From assembly GCA_019348355.1 (NCBI GenBank), contig JAHWJP010000003.1, forward strand, positions 111 to 64,110: a stretch of DNA of 64,000 nt. The letters are read 5' to 3'. Positions 8,201 through 17,452 of this stretch are shown here, in pieces. The stretch comes from Actinomycetota bacterium (GTDB taxonomy: Bacteria > Actinomycetota > Actinomycetes > Mycobacteriales > SCTD01). Under the pieces are notes generated by a model. It was given only the letters and a program-made list of their open reading frames with translations, did no database searches and was not told the origin of the DNA. Position 1 is the stretch's first letter. Each line of letters begins with the position of its first letter. The translations under genes and the position numbers were made by a program.

Positions 8201-10301
8201 CCTCGCCCTGGTCTCCCGCGACCGCGCGCTGCCGGGCCTGTCCGTGTTGCTCGACGACGACGCGGTCTGCTCGCTCGTCGGCGCTCCCGTGCGGCGGACC
8301 TACCTGCGGTACAAGCCCGGGACGAGCTGCGTGCTCGGCGCCACCGCCATGCTCCCCGACGGTCTCGCCGACATCTTCGTGACCGCGTACGACACCGACG
8401 GAACCGTCAAGGCCGACAAGGTGCTCGCCGAAGCCCCGCTCGGGTCGGTCCTCGCCTTCGACCGCACCACCGGGGTGATGGCCGCGCGGGCGGCTGCGGA
8501 CCGGGACCTGCCACTGCTCGGGGTGCTCGACAGCGAGCGCCGTCGGCGTCGGTTGCTGGAGCGGGTCCTGCCGGACCGGGGTGGCCTGCGCGGCGCCCGG
8601 CTGTCGACACTGAGCTACAAGCCGATGCGGCGCTGGGTGGGACTGGTGGAGCCCGAGCAGGGAGCGCCGTTCGTCGTACGCGCCTATCGTCCGGCGGACG
8701 CCGCAGCCGCCGTTGCCGCGGTGCGCGCACTCGAGGGCAGAGGTCCGCGTACGCCGCGGCTGCTCGGAACAGACCTGTCCCTCGGCTTGCTCGCCGTGGA
8801 GTACCTCCCCGGGCTGCTGCTGCAGGCAGCGAAGGCACGGGACACCGATCTACGAGACGCCGGCCGGGCGCTTGCGCAGCTGCACAGCCTTCCCTCGTCA
8901 GGGTTGCCTGCCCGTACCGGATCCGACGATGCAGAAGCGGTCCGCGCGACAGCGAGGCAGGTCGCCGAGCTGCTGCCCGACGTGGCCGAACAGGTGAGCT
9001 GTCTTGCTGAGCAGCTGGCTCGGCTGCTGAGCAGCGGACGTGAGCCGTCCGCGACACTGCACGGCGACTTCTCCGCCGACCAGGCCGTGGTGGGTCCGAC
9101 CGGACAAGTCGGACTGCTCGATCTCGATCGGGCGGCGTCGGGACATCCCGCCATCGACCTGGCGAGCTTCTCCGCCGCCCTCATGGCAGCGGAGGTTCTC
9201 GCCGGTGGCCTCGGCGCACGACCGGAGAGCATCACGCGAAAGGTGCACGCCGGCTACGCCGAGCTGCGCCCGCTGCCGGACGACGACGCCATCACCGTGC
9301 GTACCGCCGCGCTGCTGCTGCGTCGCGCCGGCGAGCCCTTTCGGCTCTGCGTCCCGGACTGGCCGGACCGCACCCGGACCCTGCTCTGCCGGGCGGCCGA
9401 CCTGCTCGACACCCGCGATCCGCTTGCGCGAGCGCCCGACGACCTGCTCGCCCCGTTGGTCGGCCTGCCGCTGTTGCTGGAGACGCTGAAGGACAAGCCC
9501 GGCCGCCGTCGCACGTCCCGAGCGACCGGTCCGGCCGGCAGCGCCATCGTCAAGGTCTACGCCTCGGGCCGTGCGCCGGTGGTCGCCGCGCGCATCGGCG
9601 CCCTGCAGGACGGCGCGCCCGAGCCGGTGCTGCCCCGGGTCCTGCTGTGCGACCAAGCCCACCACCTCGTCGCTCTCACAGACGTCCCCGGTCGGTCCTT
9701 TCGCGACGCGCTGATCGCGGGGGACCCCGACGCCGCAACCCGAGTCGGCCGCGCGCTGGGCCGGTGGCACGCCGCCTACCGCGACCGGGTCCCAGCGGTG
9801 CTGCGCCCGCACACGGCGGAGCGGGAGGTGCAGACGTTGCTCGACCGGTGCTCCACCGCGCCGCAGCCGATCGCGGAGGCGGTACGCCGCGCCGTACCGG
9901 CGCTGTCCGCCGCCTGGTCGCCGCGAACGGTCGTGCACCGCGATCTGTACGAGGAGCAGATCGTGCTCGGCGACAAGGTGGGTCTGCTCGATCTGGACGA
10001 CGCCGCCGCGGGACCCGGCGAGCTGGACCTCGGCAACCTGCTGGCGCACCTGGCGCTGCTGTCCCGGCGCTCGCCGGTCGACATCGGACCGGCGGTGGTC
10101 CAGCTGATGCAGGCCTATGCCGAGCAGGCACCAGTGGATGTGGCACTGCTCGAGAGGTGCCGGGCGCTGAGCCTGTTGCGGCTCGCGTGTCTGCACGCCG
10201 AGCCGCTCCTGTTCGACGACCTCTCGGGGCCGGCGCCGACAGATGACAGAACGCTCATCGGGGCCTCGTCTGCCGCTCATCCCAACGGGCAGGGGAAGTG
10301 A
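8184..10301 (+). CDS. Tandem APH-fold (aminoglycoside phosphotransferase / maltokinase-like) kinase, two kinase-like domains
   Basis: Track ORF 8007-10301 trimmed to GTG 8184 (VLSPADLALVSRD...). Two catalytic-loop + DxD pairs are present: LHGDFSADQAVV...GLLDLDRAASGHPAIDLASF and VHRDLYEEQIVL...GLLDLDDAAAGPGELDLGNLL. Confidence 0.7.
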   Translation: MLSPADLALVSRDRALPGLSVLLDDDAVCSLVGAPVRRTYLRYKPGTSCVLGATAMLPDGLADIFVTAYDTDGTVKADKVLAEAPLGSVLAFDRTTGVMAARAAADRDLPLLGVLDSERRRRRLLERVLPDRGGLRGARLSTLSYKPMRRWVGLVEPEQGAPFVVRAYRPADAAAAVAAVRALEGRGPRTPRLLGTDLSLGLLAVEYLPGLLLQAAKARDTDLRDAGRALAQLHSLPSSGLPARTGSDDAEAVRATARQVAELLPDVAEQVSCLAEQLARLLSSGREPSATLHGDFSADQAVVGPTGQVGLLDLDRAASGHPAIDLASFSAALMAAEVLAGGLGARPESITRKVHAGYAELRPLPDDDAITVRTAALLLRRAGEPFRLCVPDWPDRTRTLLCRAADLLDTRDPLARAPDDLLAPLVGLPLLLETLKDKPGRRRTSRATGPAGSAIVKVYASGRAPVVAARIGALQDGAPEPVLPRVLLCDQAHHLVALTDVPGRSFRDALIAGDPDAATRVGRALGRWHAAYRDRVPAVLRPHTAEREVQTLLDRCSTAPQPIAEAVRRAVPALSAAWSPRTVVHRDLYEEQIVLGDKVGLLDLDDAAAGPGELDLGNLLAHLALLSRRSPVDIGPAVVQLMQAYAEQAPVDVALLERCRALSLLRLACLHAEPLLFDDLSGPAPTDDRTLIGASSAAHPNGQGK

Positions 10302-10302
10302 C

Positions 10303-10800
10303 ATGAAGCTGCGTCTGATCTTGGGGTCGCTCGCCGGCGCCCTGCTCACCGGTTTCGCGCTCGGCACAGTGGGCTCCTCGCCGAGTGCCGACATGTCAGA
10401 CATCGTGCCTATCGACCTGCGACCGGCGACCACCTCCTCCTCGCCCCCGCCAGTCGAGACCTCGGGGACATCCGAGCCGCCGGTGGTCGAGCCGCCGGCG
10501 GTCGCGCCGCCCCCTCCCCCGCCTCCGCCCCCGCCCCCGCCCCCGCCTCCGCCTCCGCCTCCGCCTCCCCCGCCTCCGCCTCCCCCGCCCCCGCCCCCGC
10601 CTCCCGCCGACACCAGCGCGACAGCGGGTGCCGGCTCCGGTGCCGGCCCGGCTCCGGTACGACGGGCGCCGGTTCTCCCGCCCAAGCCGGCGCCCCGTCC
10701 GGTCCCGCAGCCTGCACCGGACGACGACGACGCCGCAGAGCCGCCGGACGACGACGAGCCGGACGAGAGCGACGATGATGTCGCCGAGATCGACGACTGA
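10303..10800 (+). CDS. Membrane-anchored or secreted protein with a poly-proline tract (about 33 residues) and an acidic tail
   Basis: Track ORF 10243-10800 trimmed to ATG 10303 (MKLRLILGSLAGALLTGFALG...). S/T/P-rich linker, uninterrupted Pro run, C-terminus DDDDAAEPPDDDEPDESDDDVAEIDD. Confidence 0.6.
   Translation: MKLRLILGSLAGALLTGFALGTVGSSPSADMSDIVPIDLRPATTSSSPPPVETSGTSEPPVVEPPAVAPPPPPPPPPPPPPPPPPPPPPPPPPPPPPPPPPADTSATAGAGSGAGPAPVRRAPVLPPKPAPRPVPQPAPDDDDAAEPPDDDEPDESDDDVAEIDD
10507..10605 (+). repeat. Low-complexity CCN run (33 proline codons by my count); the complement is rich in G tracts
   Basis: Read directly: ccg ccc cct ccc ccg cct ... cct ccc. Mixed CCG/CCC/CCT codons with no interruption. 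Confidence 0.85.
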
Positions 10801-10900
10801 GCCCGCTGTGGCGGTGAGCCGGTCCACAGCGAAGGGACTGGCCGCCGACGTGCCCCTCCCGCCTGTGCAGCAGCCGCCTGGAACGAAGGCGCATGTCGAT

Positions 10901-12340
10901 ATGCCCGGCCCCGCTGCGGGACCGCTGCGACGACGCATCCGAGGAACCCGCGGCCGGTTGCTGATCGCTTTCTTCACGCTGCTGTCGATGTCGCTCGGCA
11001 CGAGCCTGGTTCTCATCCGTGCGGTGCTCGTGAACCAGGTCGAGATGCGGGTCGAGGCAGAGCTGCGCCAGGAGGTCCAGGAGCTGGAGCGACTGGTGGG
11101 TGGCAACGATCCGAGAACTGGCCAGCCTTTCGGCACCGACGTGGCGGCGATCTTCGACACGTTCTTCGGCCGCAACGTGCCGAACGACGACGAGGGGCAG
11201 TACGCCTTCGTCGAGGGGACGCCGTACCTCACCAATGCCGACCCACCCGCCGAGCTCACCACTGACGCCGCTCTGGTCACCAGCCTGCAGGGTCTGCCGC
11301 AGCCGCGCCGCGGCAGCATGGAGACGTCCGCAGGGAGGGCGGAGTACCTCGCGGTGCCGGTGCGGGCCGTCGACCCAGCCACCGGGGAGCCGGTCAACCG
11401 GGGGGTGTTCCTGGTCGCAGCGTTCCCCGCCGAGCAGCTGCAGCGCGTGGACGACACCATCGTCAAGATCGCTCTTGGCCTTCTTGCGGTGCTCACCCTT
11501 GCCTCGGCGGCGGCGTACGCCGTGGCCGGCCGGGTGCTGGCGCCACTGCGGCAGGCGATCGACACGGCGCGCTCGATCCAGGAGACCAATCTGTCCAGCC
11601 GGATCGACGTTCGGGGCAAGGACGACGTGGCCGAGCTGGGCCGGACCTTCAACGCGATGCTGGACCGGCTGGAGCGCGCCGTGCAGTCACAGCGTGACTT
11701 CGTCAGTGACGCCGGCCATGAGCTCCGCACGCCGATCACCATCGTGCGCGGCCACCTCGAGCTCATGACCGACGACCCGGACGACCGGCGCGAGACCCTG
11801 GCGCTGGTGACCGACGAGCTCGACCGGATGTCCCGGCTGGTCGACGACCTGCTCCTGCTGGCCAAGGCCGAGCGCGGCGACTTCCTGCAGCGCCGGCCCG
11901 TCGACACGGCCGAGCTGCTACCCGCCGTGCTCGCGAAGGTATCTGCGCTCGCACCCCGCACCTGGACGCTGGGCAGGACCGACGCGGCCTGCGTCGACGG
12001 CGACCCACAGCGCTTGACGCAGGCGCTGACCCAGCTGGCGCAGAACGCCACGCAGCACACCGACGACCTCAGCACCATCACCCTCGGCTGCTCCTACGAG
12101 AGCGGTTACGCGCGGCTGTGGGTGCGGGACGCAGGCGAAGGCATCGAGACCGAGGACCAGGCAAGGATCTTCGAGCGCTTCTCCCGGGTGGCAGCCGCAC
12201 GCCGCCGGTCCGACGGCTCAGGTCTCGGCCTGTCCATCGTGCAGGCGATCGCCGAGGCGCACGGTGGACGGGTGGAGCTCGACAGCCGGCCCGGTCACGG
12301 CTCGACCTTCACCCTCGTCGTACCAGCTGCTGCCGGGTGA
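10901..12340 (+). CDS. Sensor histidine kinase
   Basis: H-box SDAGHELRTPITIV and ATPase G-box GSGLGLSIVQAIAEAHGG. TM segment LLIAFFTLLSMSLGTSLVLI. Start is uncertain (ATG 10901; GTG 10808/10814 also possible). Confidence 0.8.
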   Translation: MPGPAAGPLRRRIRGTRGRLLIAFFTLLSMSLGTSLVLIRAVLVNQVEMRVEAELRQEVQELERLVGGNDPRTGQPFGTDVAAIFDTFFGRNVPNDDEGQYAFVEGTPYLTNADPPAELTTDAALVTSLQGLPQPRRGSMETSAGRAEYLAVPVRAVDPATGEPVNRGVFLVAAFPAEQLQRVDDTIVKIALGLLAVLTLASAAAYAVAGRVLAPLRQAIDTARSIQETNLSSRIDVRGKDDVAELGRTFNAMLDRLERAVQSQRDFVSDAGHELRTPITIVRGHLELMTDDPDDRRETLALVTDELDRMSRLVDDLLLLAKAERGDFLQRRPVDTAELLPAVLAKVSALAPRTWTLGRTDAACVDGDPQRLTQALTQLAQNATQHTDDLSTITLGCSYESGYARLWVRDAGEGIETEDQARIFERFSRVAAARRRSDGSGLGLSIVQAIAEAHGGRVELDSRPGHGSTFTLVVPAAAG

Positions 12341-12996
12341 GCCGCATCCTGGTCGTCGAGGACGAGCCGCGCATCGCCTCCTTCCTGCAGAAGGGCCTGC
12401 GCGCCGAGGGTCACGTCACGACGGTGGTCGACAACGGCGACGACGCCAGTGCCCTCGCCCGCAGCCAGGACTTCGACCTGGTGCTGCTCGACGTCGGCCT
12501 ACCCGGCAAGGACGGATTCGCCGTCCTGGCCGACCTGCGGCGCAGGGGTGAGCGGCTGCCGGTGATCCTGCTCACCGCCCGCGACGCGGTGCCCGACCGC
12601 GTCAACGGGCTGGACGCCGGAGCCGACGACTACGTCACCAAGCCGTTCAGCTTCGAGGAGTTGCGCGCCCGGGTGCGCGTGCGGCTTCGCGAAAGCAGCG
12701 ACGACAACCCGACGACGCTGGCGGCGGGTCGGGTCCGGCTCGACCTGCTGTCCCGCACCGCGACGGTGGACGGGCGCACGGTGGAACTGACAGCGCAGGA
12801 GTTTCTGCTCGCCGAGGTGCTGCTCCGTCACCCGCAGCAGGTGCTCAGCCGGGAGCACCTGCTCAGCCACGTGTGGGGCTACGACTACGACCCGGGATCG
12901 AACATCGTCGACGTCTACGTCGGCTACCTGCGGCGCAAACTCGGCAAGGCAGTGATCGAGACCGTTCGCGGCGTCGGCTACCGGCTGCACGGGTGA
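12337..12996 (+). CDS. OmpR-family response regulator
   Basis: Track ORF 12118-12996 trimmed to GTG 12337 (GTGA overlap with the kinase stop). N-terminus VSRILVVEDEPRIA, receiver motif LVLLDVGLPGKDG, winged-helix end VRGVGYRL. Confidence 0.9.
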   Translation: MSRILVVEDEPRIASFLQKGLRAEGHVTTVVDNGDDASALARSQDFDLVLLDVGLPGKDGFAVLADLRRRGERLPVILLTARDAVPDRVNGLDAGADDYVTKPFSFEELRARVRVRLRESSDDNPTTLAAGRVRLDLLSRTATVDGRTVELTAQEFLLAEVLLRHPQQVLSREHLLSHVWGYDYDPGSNIVDVYVGYLRRKLGKAVIETVRGVGYRLHG

Positions 12997-13115
12997 TCAT
13001 GCAGGGGTGAAGAACACACATCTCAGCCGGGGCGAATACGTGCGAAACCACTGTGCCTCGTTCCGCGGTGACGGCTGGATACTCCTCCTGTTCTCAGCCC
13101 GGAAGGGGTCTGCCC

Positions 13116-14519
13116 ATGCCGTCCCACCGTTGTTTCACCGCGCTCGTCGCTGTGCTCGCTTTTGCGCTGGTTGCCCTGCCGCCTTCCGCGTCAGCGCAAC
13201 AAACCCCGTGCGCAGGCGCCGGCGCCATCGCGGTGCCGGGCGCCGCCCTGCAGCGGGTCGAGTGCCACAGCGACCTGTCCGCCACCGCCCTGTCAGTTAC
13301 GGGCCGCAGTGACGCGAGCGACTGGGCGCAACTGCACTCCAAGCAGTCGACGAACCCGCCGGCAGGTGCGGGGCTGCAGGTGGACGGCTATTTCCCGGAC
13401 GACTCGACGACCAACGCCACGTACGGCTGGAATCACGACGCGCAATTCGTGATCCGGCTGCCGGAGAAGTGGAACGGCCAGCTCGTGATCACCGGCGCCC
13501 CCGGCGTGCGCAAGCAGTACGCGAACGACTTCATCATCAGCGACTGGGTGCTCTCGCAGGGCTACGCCTACGCCTCGACCGACAAGGGCAACACCGGCAC
13601 CTCGTTCTTCAACAACGGCGCCCGCTCGGCGCCGGGGCAGGCCGTGCGCGAGTGGCACGACCGCGTCACCGAGCTGACGATCGCCGCCAAGCAGGTCGTC
13701 GCGCAGCGCTACGGAACCGGCCCGGAGCGCACCTGGATGACCGGGATCTCCAACGGCGGCTACCTGACCCGCTGGCAACTGGAGAACCACCCGAAGCTGT
13801 ACGACGGTGGCGTCGACTGGGAGGGCACCCTGCTGCGGCCCGAGGGCCCCAACCTGTTCACCTACCTGCCGACTGCGCTGCGTGAGTATCCCGCGGCGCA
13901 GCTCGATCCGGCAGCCCGGCAGCGGATGTACGACGTCGGGTTCGAGCCCGGGTCGGAGAGCCTGTGGGCGGACCACTACGCCGTCTACTGGGACCTGACC
14001 CAACGCATCTACCGCGAGGCGTTCGACCCGGACTACGACGGCGCGACCAGAGCCGGCACGCCGTTCTGCCGCACCGGCGGGCCGCCGGGCACGGCGACCG
14101 CGTGCGACGCGGAGTACGACTACGCCTCCCGCCCGCAGGCCGTCAAGGACGCCGTGGCTTCGGTGTCGCTGACCGGTCGAATCGGCAAGCCGATGATCAC
14201 GCTGCACGGCGACCTCGACGCCCTGCTGCCCATCTCGACCGACTCCGACGTCTACGCGACGATGGTCGCCGACTCCGGCCGGGCCGCCCGGCACCGCTAT
14301 TACGTCATCGAGGACGGCAACCATGTCGACGGTTTGGTCAACACGCAGCCGACCACCCTGCGACCGATCCTGCCCTGCTACCGCGAGGCGTTCCTGCGCC
14401 TGACCGAGTGGGTGACGGCCGGTGCAAAGCCGCCGGACAGCCAGACCGTGATCCGTCCGGACAGCGGTGACCTGGCCAACGCCTGTCCGCAGCTCGCCGG
14501 GGCGGGCAGAGCCCGGTAG
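13116..14519 (+). CDS. Secreted alpha/beta-hydrolase (tannase / 3-hydroxybutyrate-oligomer-hydrolase-like)
   Basis: Signal peptide MPSHRCFTALVAVLAFALVALPPSASA. Nucleophile elbow TGISNGGY (GxSxG). Subfamily is uncertain. Confidence 0.6.
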   Translation: MPSHRCFTALVAVLAFALVALPPSASAQQTPCAGAGAIAVPGAALQRVECHSDLSATALSVTGRSDASDWAQLHSKQSTNPPAGAGLQVDGYFPDDSTTNATYGWNHDAQFVIRLPEKWNGQLVITGAPGVRKQYANDFIISDWVLSQGYAYASTDKGNTGTSFFNNGARSAPGQAVREWHDRVTELTIAAKQVVAQRYGTGPERTWMTGISNGGYLTRWQLENHPKLYDGGVDWEGTLLRPEGPNLFTYLPTALREYPAAQLDPAARQRMYDVGFEPGSESLWADHYAVYWDLTQRIYREAFDPDYDGATRAGTPFCRTGGPPGTATACDAEYDYASRPQAVKDAVASVSLTGRIGKPMITLHGDLDALLPISTDSDVYATMVADSGRAARHRYYVIEDGNHVDGLVNTQPTTLRPILPCYREAFLRLTEWVTAGAKPPDSQTVIRPDSGDLANACPQLAGAGRAR

Positions 14520-14530
14520 GGGGTCCCCCC

Positions 14531-15034
14531 TCACGCCAGCTCGACGAGGGCGCCGATCTCCTGGGTGGCGTACCACTGCAGCTCGTGGCCTTCGGCCTGC
14601 TCGACCACGAAGGCCGCGTCCTCGCTGCCGAGGTCGGCCTCGACCAGCTGCTCGGCGGCGGCCCGGACGTCCGCCTCTGCCGACGGGTCGTCGACGTGCA
14701 CCGCCTGCACGAGCCGGAGCGGCACCGCGTCCAGCACGCGTACGGCCGCCCGGTCGACGTCCGGAGCCGGCTCGACCGCGCTCACGTCGGCCACCACCAC
14801 CACCCGCCGCGCCGGCGCTGCCGGATCGAGGACGAGCTGCCGGTCCAGCAGCCGGATGGAGGCCCGTGCGGCGAGGTGAAGTGCGGCGTACTCGAGCTCC
14901 TCGTCGTCGCCCTCGGCGTACCACTCGCGCAGTGGCGCCGTCACGGCGAAACCGGGCACCGGCGGCGTGCCGAGTTCGCCGGAATCCAACAGCGTCCGAA
15001 GTCCGGACAGGGTGCAGGGCAGGTAGACCCGCAT
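14531..15034 (-). CDS. Conserved hypothetical acidic protein, last gene of the WS/DGAT-patatin operon
   Basis: 167-aa ORF whose ATG overlaps the patatin stop at 15034. Normal-looking composition, no motif recognised. Confidence 0.55.
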   Translation of the reverse strand: MRVYLPCTLSGLRTLLDSGELGTPPVPGFAVTAPLREWYAEGDDEELEYAALHLAARASIRLLDRQLVLDPAAPARRVVVVADVSAVEPAPDVDRAAVRVLDAVPLRLVQAVHVDDPSAEADVRAAAEQLVEADLGSEDAAFVVEQAEGHELQWYATQEIGALVELA

Positions 15035-15987
15035 CAGCCGGCGGCGGCCAGCGGCGCCGCCCGCAACGCCGCCATCGAGGTGCGCAGCGAGGTCTCGAGG
15101 ACCTGCTCACGGCGAGTCGGGTCCATCATGTTGACGCCGATGCCGACCAGGTCCTCCGCGCCGGGACCGAGCAGCGTCACCTTCGTGCCGGTCGCCGAGA
15201 CCTTCGCCGCCTCGCGCAGCACCCGCTTGGTGACCGCCCGGCGGAAGCGGCGCTCGAGCCGCCCGACGACAGTGCCGGGCCGGTCGTACTCGAGCGAGGT
15301 CATCGGAGACAGCACCACGACCTCGTCGAGCTCCAGGCCGGCCACCAGGTCGAGCGAGGTGGGCGAGCAGGTCCCGCCGTCGACGTAGCGGCGACCGCCG
15401 ATGCGGACCGGGGCGTACCACGCGGGGATCGCGCACGAGGCCATGACCGCCTCCCGCAGGCCGGCGGCCGGCGCGCCCGCACGACCGAAGGTCACCCGCC
15501 GACCGGTGTCGTAGTCCATCGCGACGACCCAGGTCCGTGGATGTCCGGCCCAGTCGCCCGCCGGGCAGACCGCGTCGACGAGCGAGCCGATCGGGTCGAG
15601 CGAGCCCCGGCCCTGCGGCAGGACGGTCGCGAGCGCGCCCATCGGCGTCACCTTCCACGGCCGGGTAGCCGTGCGGAACGCCCCGCGCGCCGACCCGATC
15701 CCGAGGCGCGGCATCGGCGGTCGGCCCCTGCCGGAGTCACGGTCCGGGTCGTAGCTGATGTCGGGCGCCTCGGCATTGACGATGCCGCGCTGGTGGTCCA
15801 GCAGGACGTCGACGCCGGTGCCGCAGCCGAGGAAGGCGGCGAGCACCGAGCCCGCCGACGTGCCGAGCAGCACCTCGGCCTCGCGCGGGTCCCACTCGTG
15901 ATGCTCCTGGAGGGCAGCGAGCGCGCCGATCGTCCAGGCGGCTCCGAGCACACCGCCGGCACCGAGGACCACTCCGCGACGCGCCAT
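15034..15987 (-). CDS. Patatin-like phospholipase
   Basis: Oxyanion loop VLGAGGVLGAAW, nucleophile GTSAGS (GxSxG) and a downstream DGG motif (YVDGG). Confidence 0.85.
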   Translation of the reverse strand: MARRGVVLGAGGVLGAAWTIGALAALQEHHEWDPREAEVLLGTSAGSVLAAFLGCGTGVDVLLDHQRGIVNAEAPDISYDPDRDSGRGRPPMPRLGIGSARGAFRTATRPWKVTPMGALATVLPQGRGSLDPIGSLVDAVCPAGDWAGHPRTWVVAMDYDTGRRVTFGRAGAPAAGLREAVMASCAIPAWYAPVRIGGRRYVDGGTCSPTSLDLVAGLELDEVVVLSPMTSLEYDRPGTVVGRLERRFRRAVTKRVLREAAKVSATGTKVTLLGPGAEDLVGIGVNMMDPTRREQVLETSLRTSMAALRAAPLAAAG

Positions 15988-17384
15988 CAGCTCACCGTTC
16001 CCACCAGCTCGGCCAGCGACTCCTCGATCAGGTCGGCCAGCACGTCGATGTCGGGCATCGCGTCGCGGTCGGCGTTCAAGCCGTAGTAGACGCCGCCGTC
16101 GTAGGAGTTCAGGCCGATCGACACCGCCTGGCCCTTCGCGAGCGGGACGACCGGGTACATCGCCAGCATGCGGGCGCCCGCCGCGTACAGCGGGAACTGC
16201 GGTCCCGGCACGTTGGTGACCACGACGTTGAACAGCCGGCGTGTCATGCCGGAGGCGACCCGCGCACCGAGGGAGTGGATGGTCGGCGGGGCGAAGCCCG
16301 ACATCTGCACGAGCGCGTCGGCGCCGACCGACTGGCCGGACTCCTTGTGGCCGCGCATCGCGAAGCTGACCTGGTGCAGCCGCATGACCGGGTTGCCCTC
16401 GCCGACCGGAAGATCCACGAAGTACGACGAGACACGGTTACCGGGCTGGCCGTTCTGGCCCTCGGACCGGACCGAGACGGGAATCATCGCGCGGATGGTC
16501 GTGGCGGCGTTGACCGACTCCCCCCGGGTCAGCAGCCACGAGCGCAGCGCGCCGGAGACGGTGGCCAGCACCACGTCGTTGATGGTGCCGCCATGGGTCT
16601 TGCGGATGCGCTTGTAGTCATCGAGGTCGGTGTCGGCCATCGCGAAGCGACGGTGCTCCCCGATGCGGACGTTGAGCGGTGAGCTCGGGGCGGGCTTGGC
16701 CATCGAGACGACCGACTGGAGCACGCCGCTGGCGACCCCTGCCACCTTTCCCGCGGTCGCCCGTACGTCGACGATCGCCGCTCGGGTCGTGTCGATCGCC
16801 TGCGTCGGGCGCTTGACCAGATCGGTCACCGCCCCGACGACGAGAGCGCCCCGGCCGGGCTCGCGCGACGGACGCCAGTCGTCGGCCGGCACCTCACGTG
16901 GCTCGGGGGTGAGGTCGAGCATCACCGTGCCGATGTCGACCGCAGCGATCCCGTCGACCATCGCGTGGTGGGTCTTGGTGATGATCCCGACCCGGCCCCG
17001 CTCGAGCCCCTCGACGAGGTAGATCTCCCAGAGCGGGCGGTTGCGGTCGAGCGGTCGTCCCTGCAGCCGGCCCACCAGGTCGCGCAGCTGCGCGTCGGTG
17101 CCCGGCTTGGGCAGGGCGCTGCGGCGTACGTGGTAGGTGACGTCGAAGCTCTCGTCGTCCACCCATACCGGATTGGCGATCCGGCCGGGAATCAGCTTGA
17201 CCTTCTGCCGGTAGCGCGGCACAAGGGTGATTCGCTCACTGATGAGCTCCACCAGCCGGTCGTAGTCGAAACCGGTCGAGGGTGGCTCGAAGATCGCGAC
17301 GCCGCCGACGTGCATGGCCGTGGTGGGCGTCTCCATGTAGAGGAAGGAGACGTCCATCGGGCTGAGCCGGTCGGTCACGGTCAC
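15987..17384 (-). CDS. Wax ester synthase / diacylglycerol acyltransferase (WS/DGAT)
   Basis: Active-site HHAMVDG (HHxxxDG). N-terminus [28 protein letters not shown] is typical of the family. Confidence 0.9.
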   Translation of the reverse strand: MTVTDRLSPMDVSFLYMETPTTAMHVGGVAIFEPPSTGFDYDRLVELISERITLVPRYRQKVKLIPGRIANPVWVDDESFDVTYHVRRSALPKPGTDAQLRDLVGRLQGRPLDRNRPLWEIYLVEGLERGRVGIITKTHHAMVDGIAAVDIGTVMLDLTPEPREVPADDWRPSREPGRGALVVGAVTDLVKRPTQAIDTTRAAIVDVRATAGKVAGVASGVLQSVVSMAKPAPSSPLNVRIGEHRRFAMADTDLDDYKRIRKTHGGTINDVVLATVSGALRSWLLTRGESVNAATTIRAMIPVSVRSEGQNGQPGNRVSSYFVDLPVGEGNPVMRLHQVSFAMRGHKESGQSVGADALVQMSGFAPPTIHSLGARVASGMTRRLFNVVVTNVPGPQFPLYAAGARMLAMYPVVPLAKGQAVSIGLNSYDGGVYYGLNADRDAMPDIDVLADLIEESLAELVGTVS

Positions 17385-17452
17385 TCCAAATCAGTGGGTT
17401 ACCCATGGTCACACACAGTCCCGGCTCGGAGGCCCGAGGCAGACTGGGCCGC

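Noticed and set aside
10507-10605. The repetitive CCN block considered as a CRISPR-like or non-coding satellite repeat.
   Set aside because: There is no repeat-spacer periodicity. The block is an uninterrupted in-frame proline run inside an ORF that has a signal-like N-terminus and a defined C-terminal tail.
8898-10685. 595-aa minus-strand ORF containing a poly-glycine run of about 33 residues.
   Set aside because: It is the mirror image of the poly-proline tract and of the kinase gene. The rest of the translation is Arg/Gly/Pro junk, whereas the plus-strand frames have kinase motifs and a signal-peptide-containing ORF.
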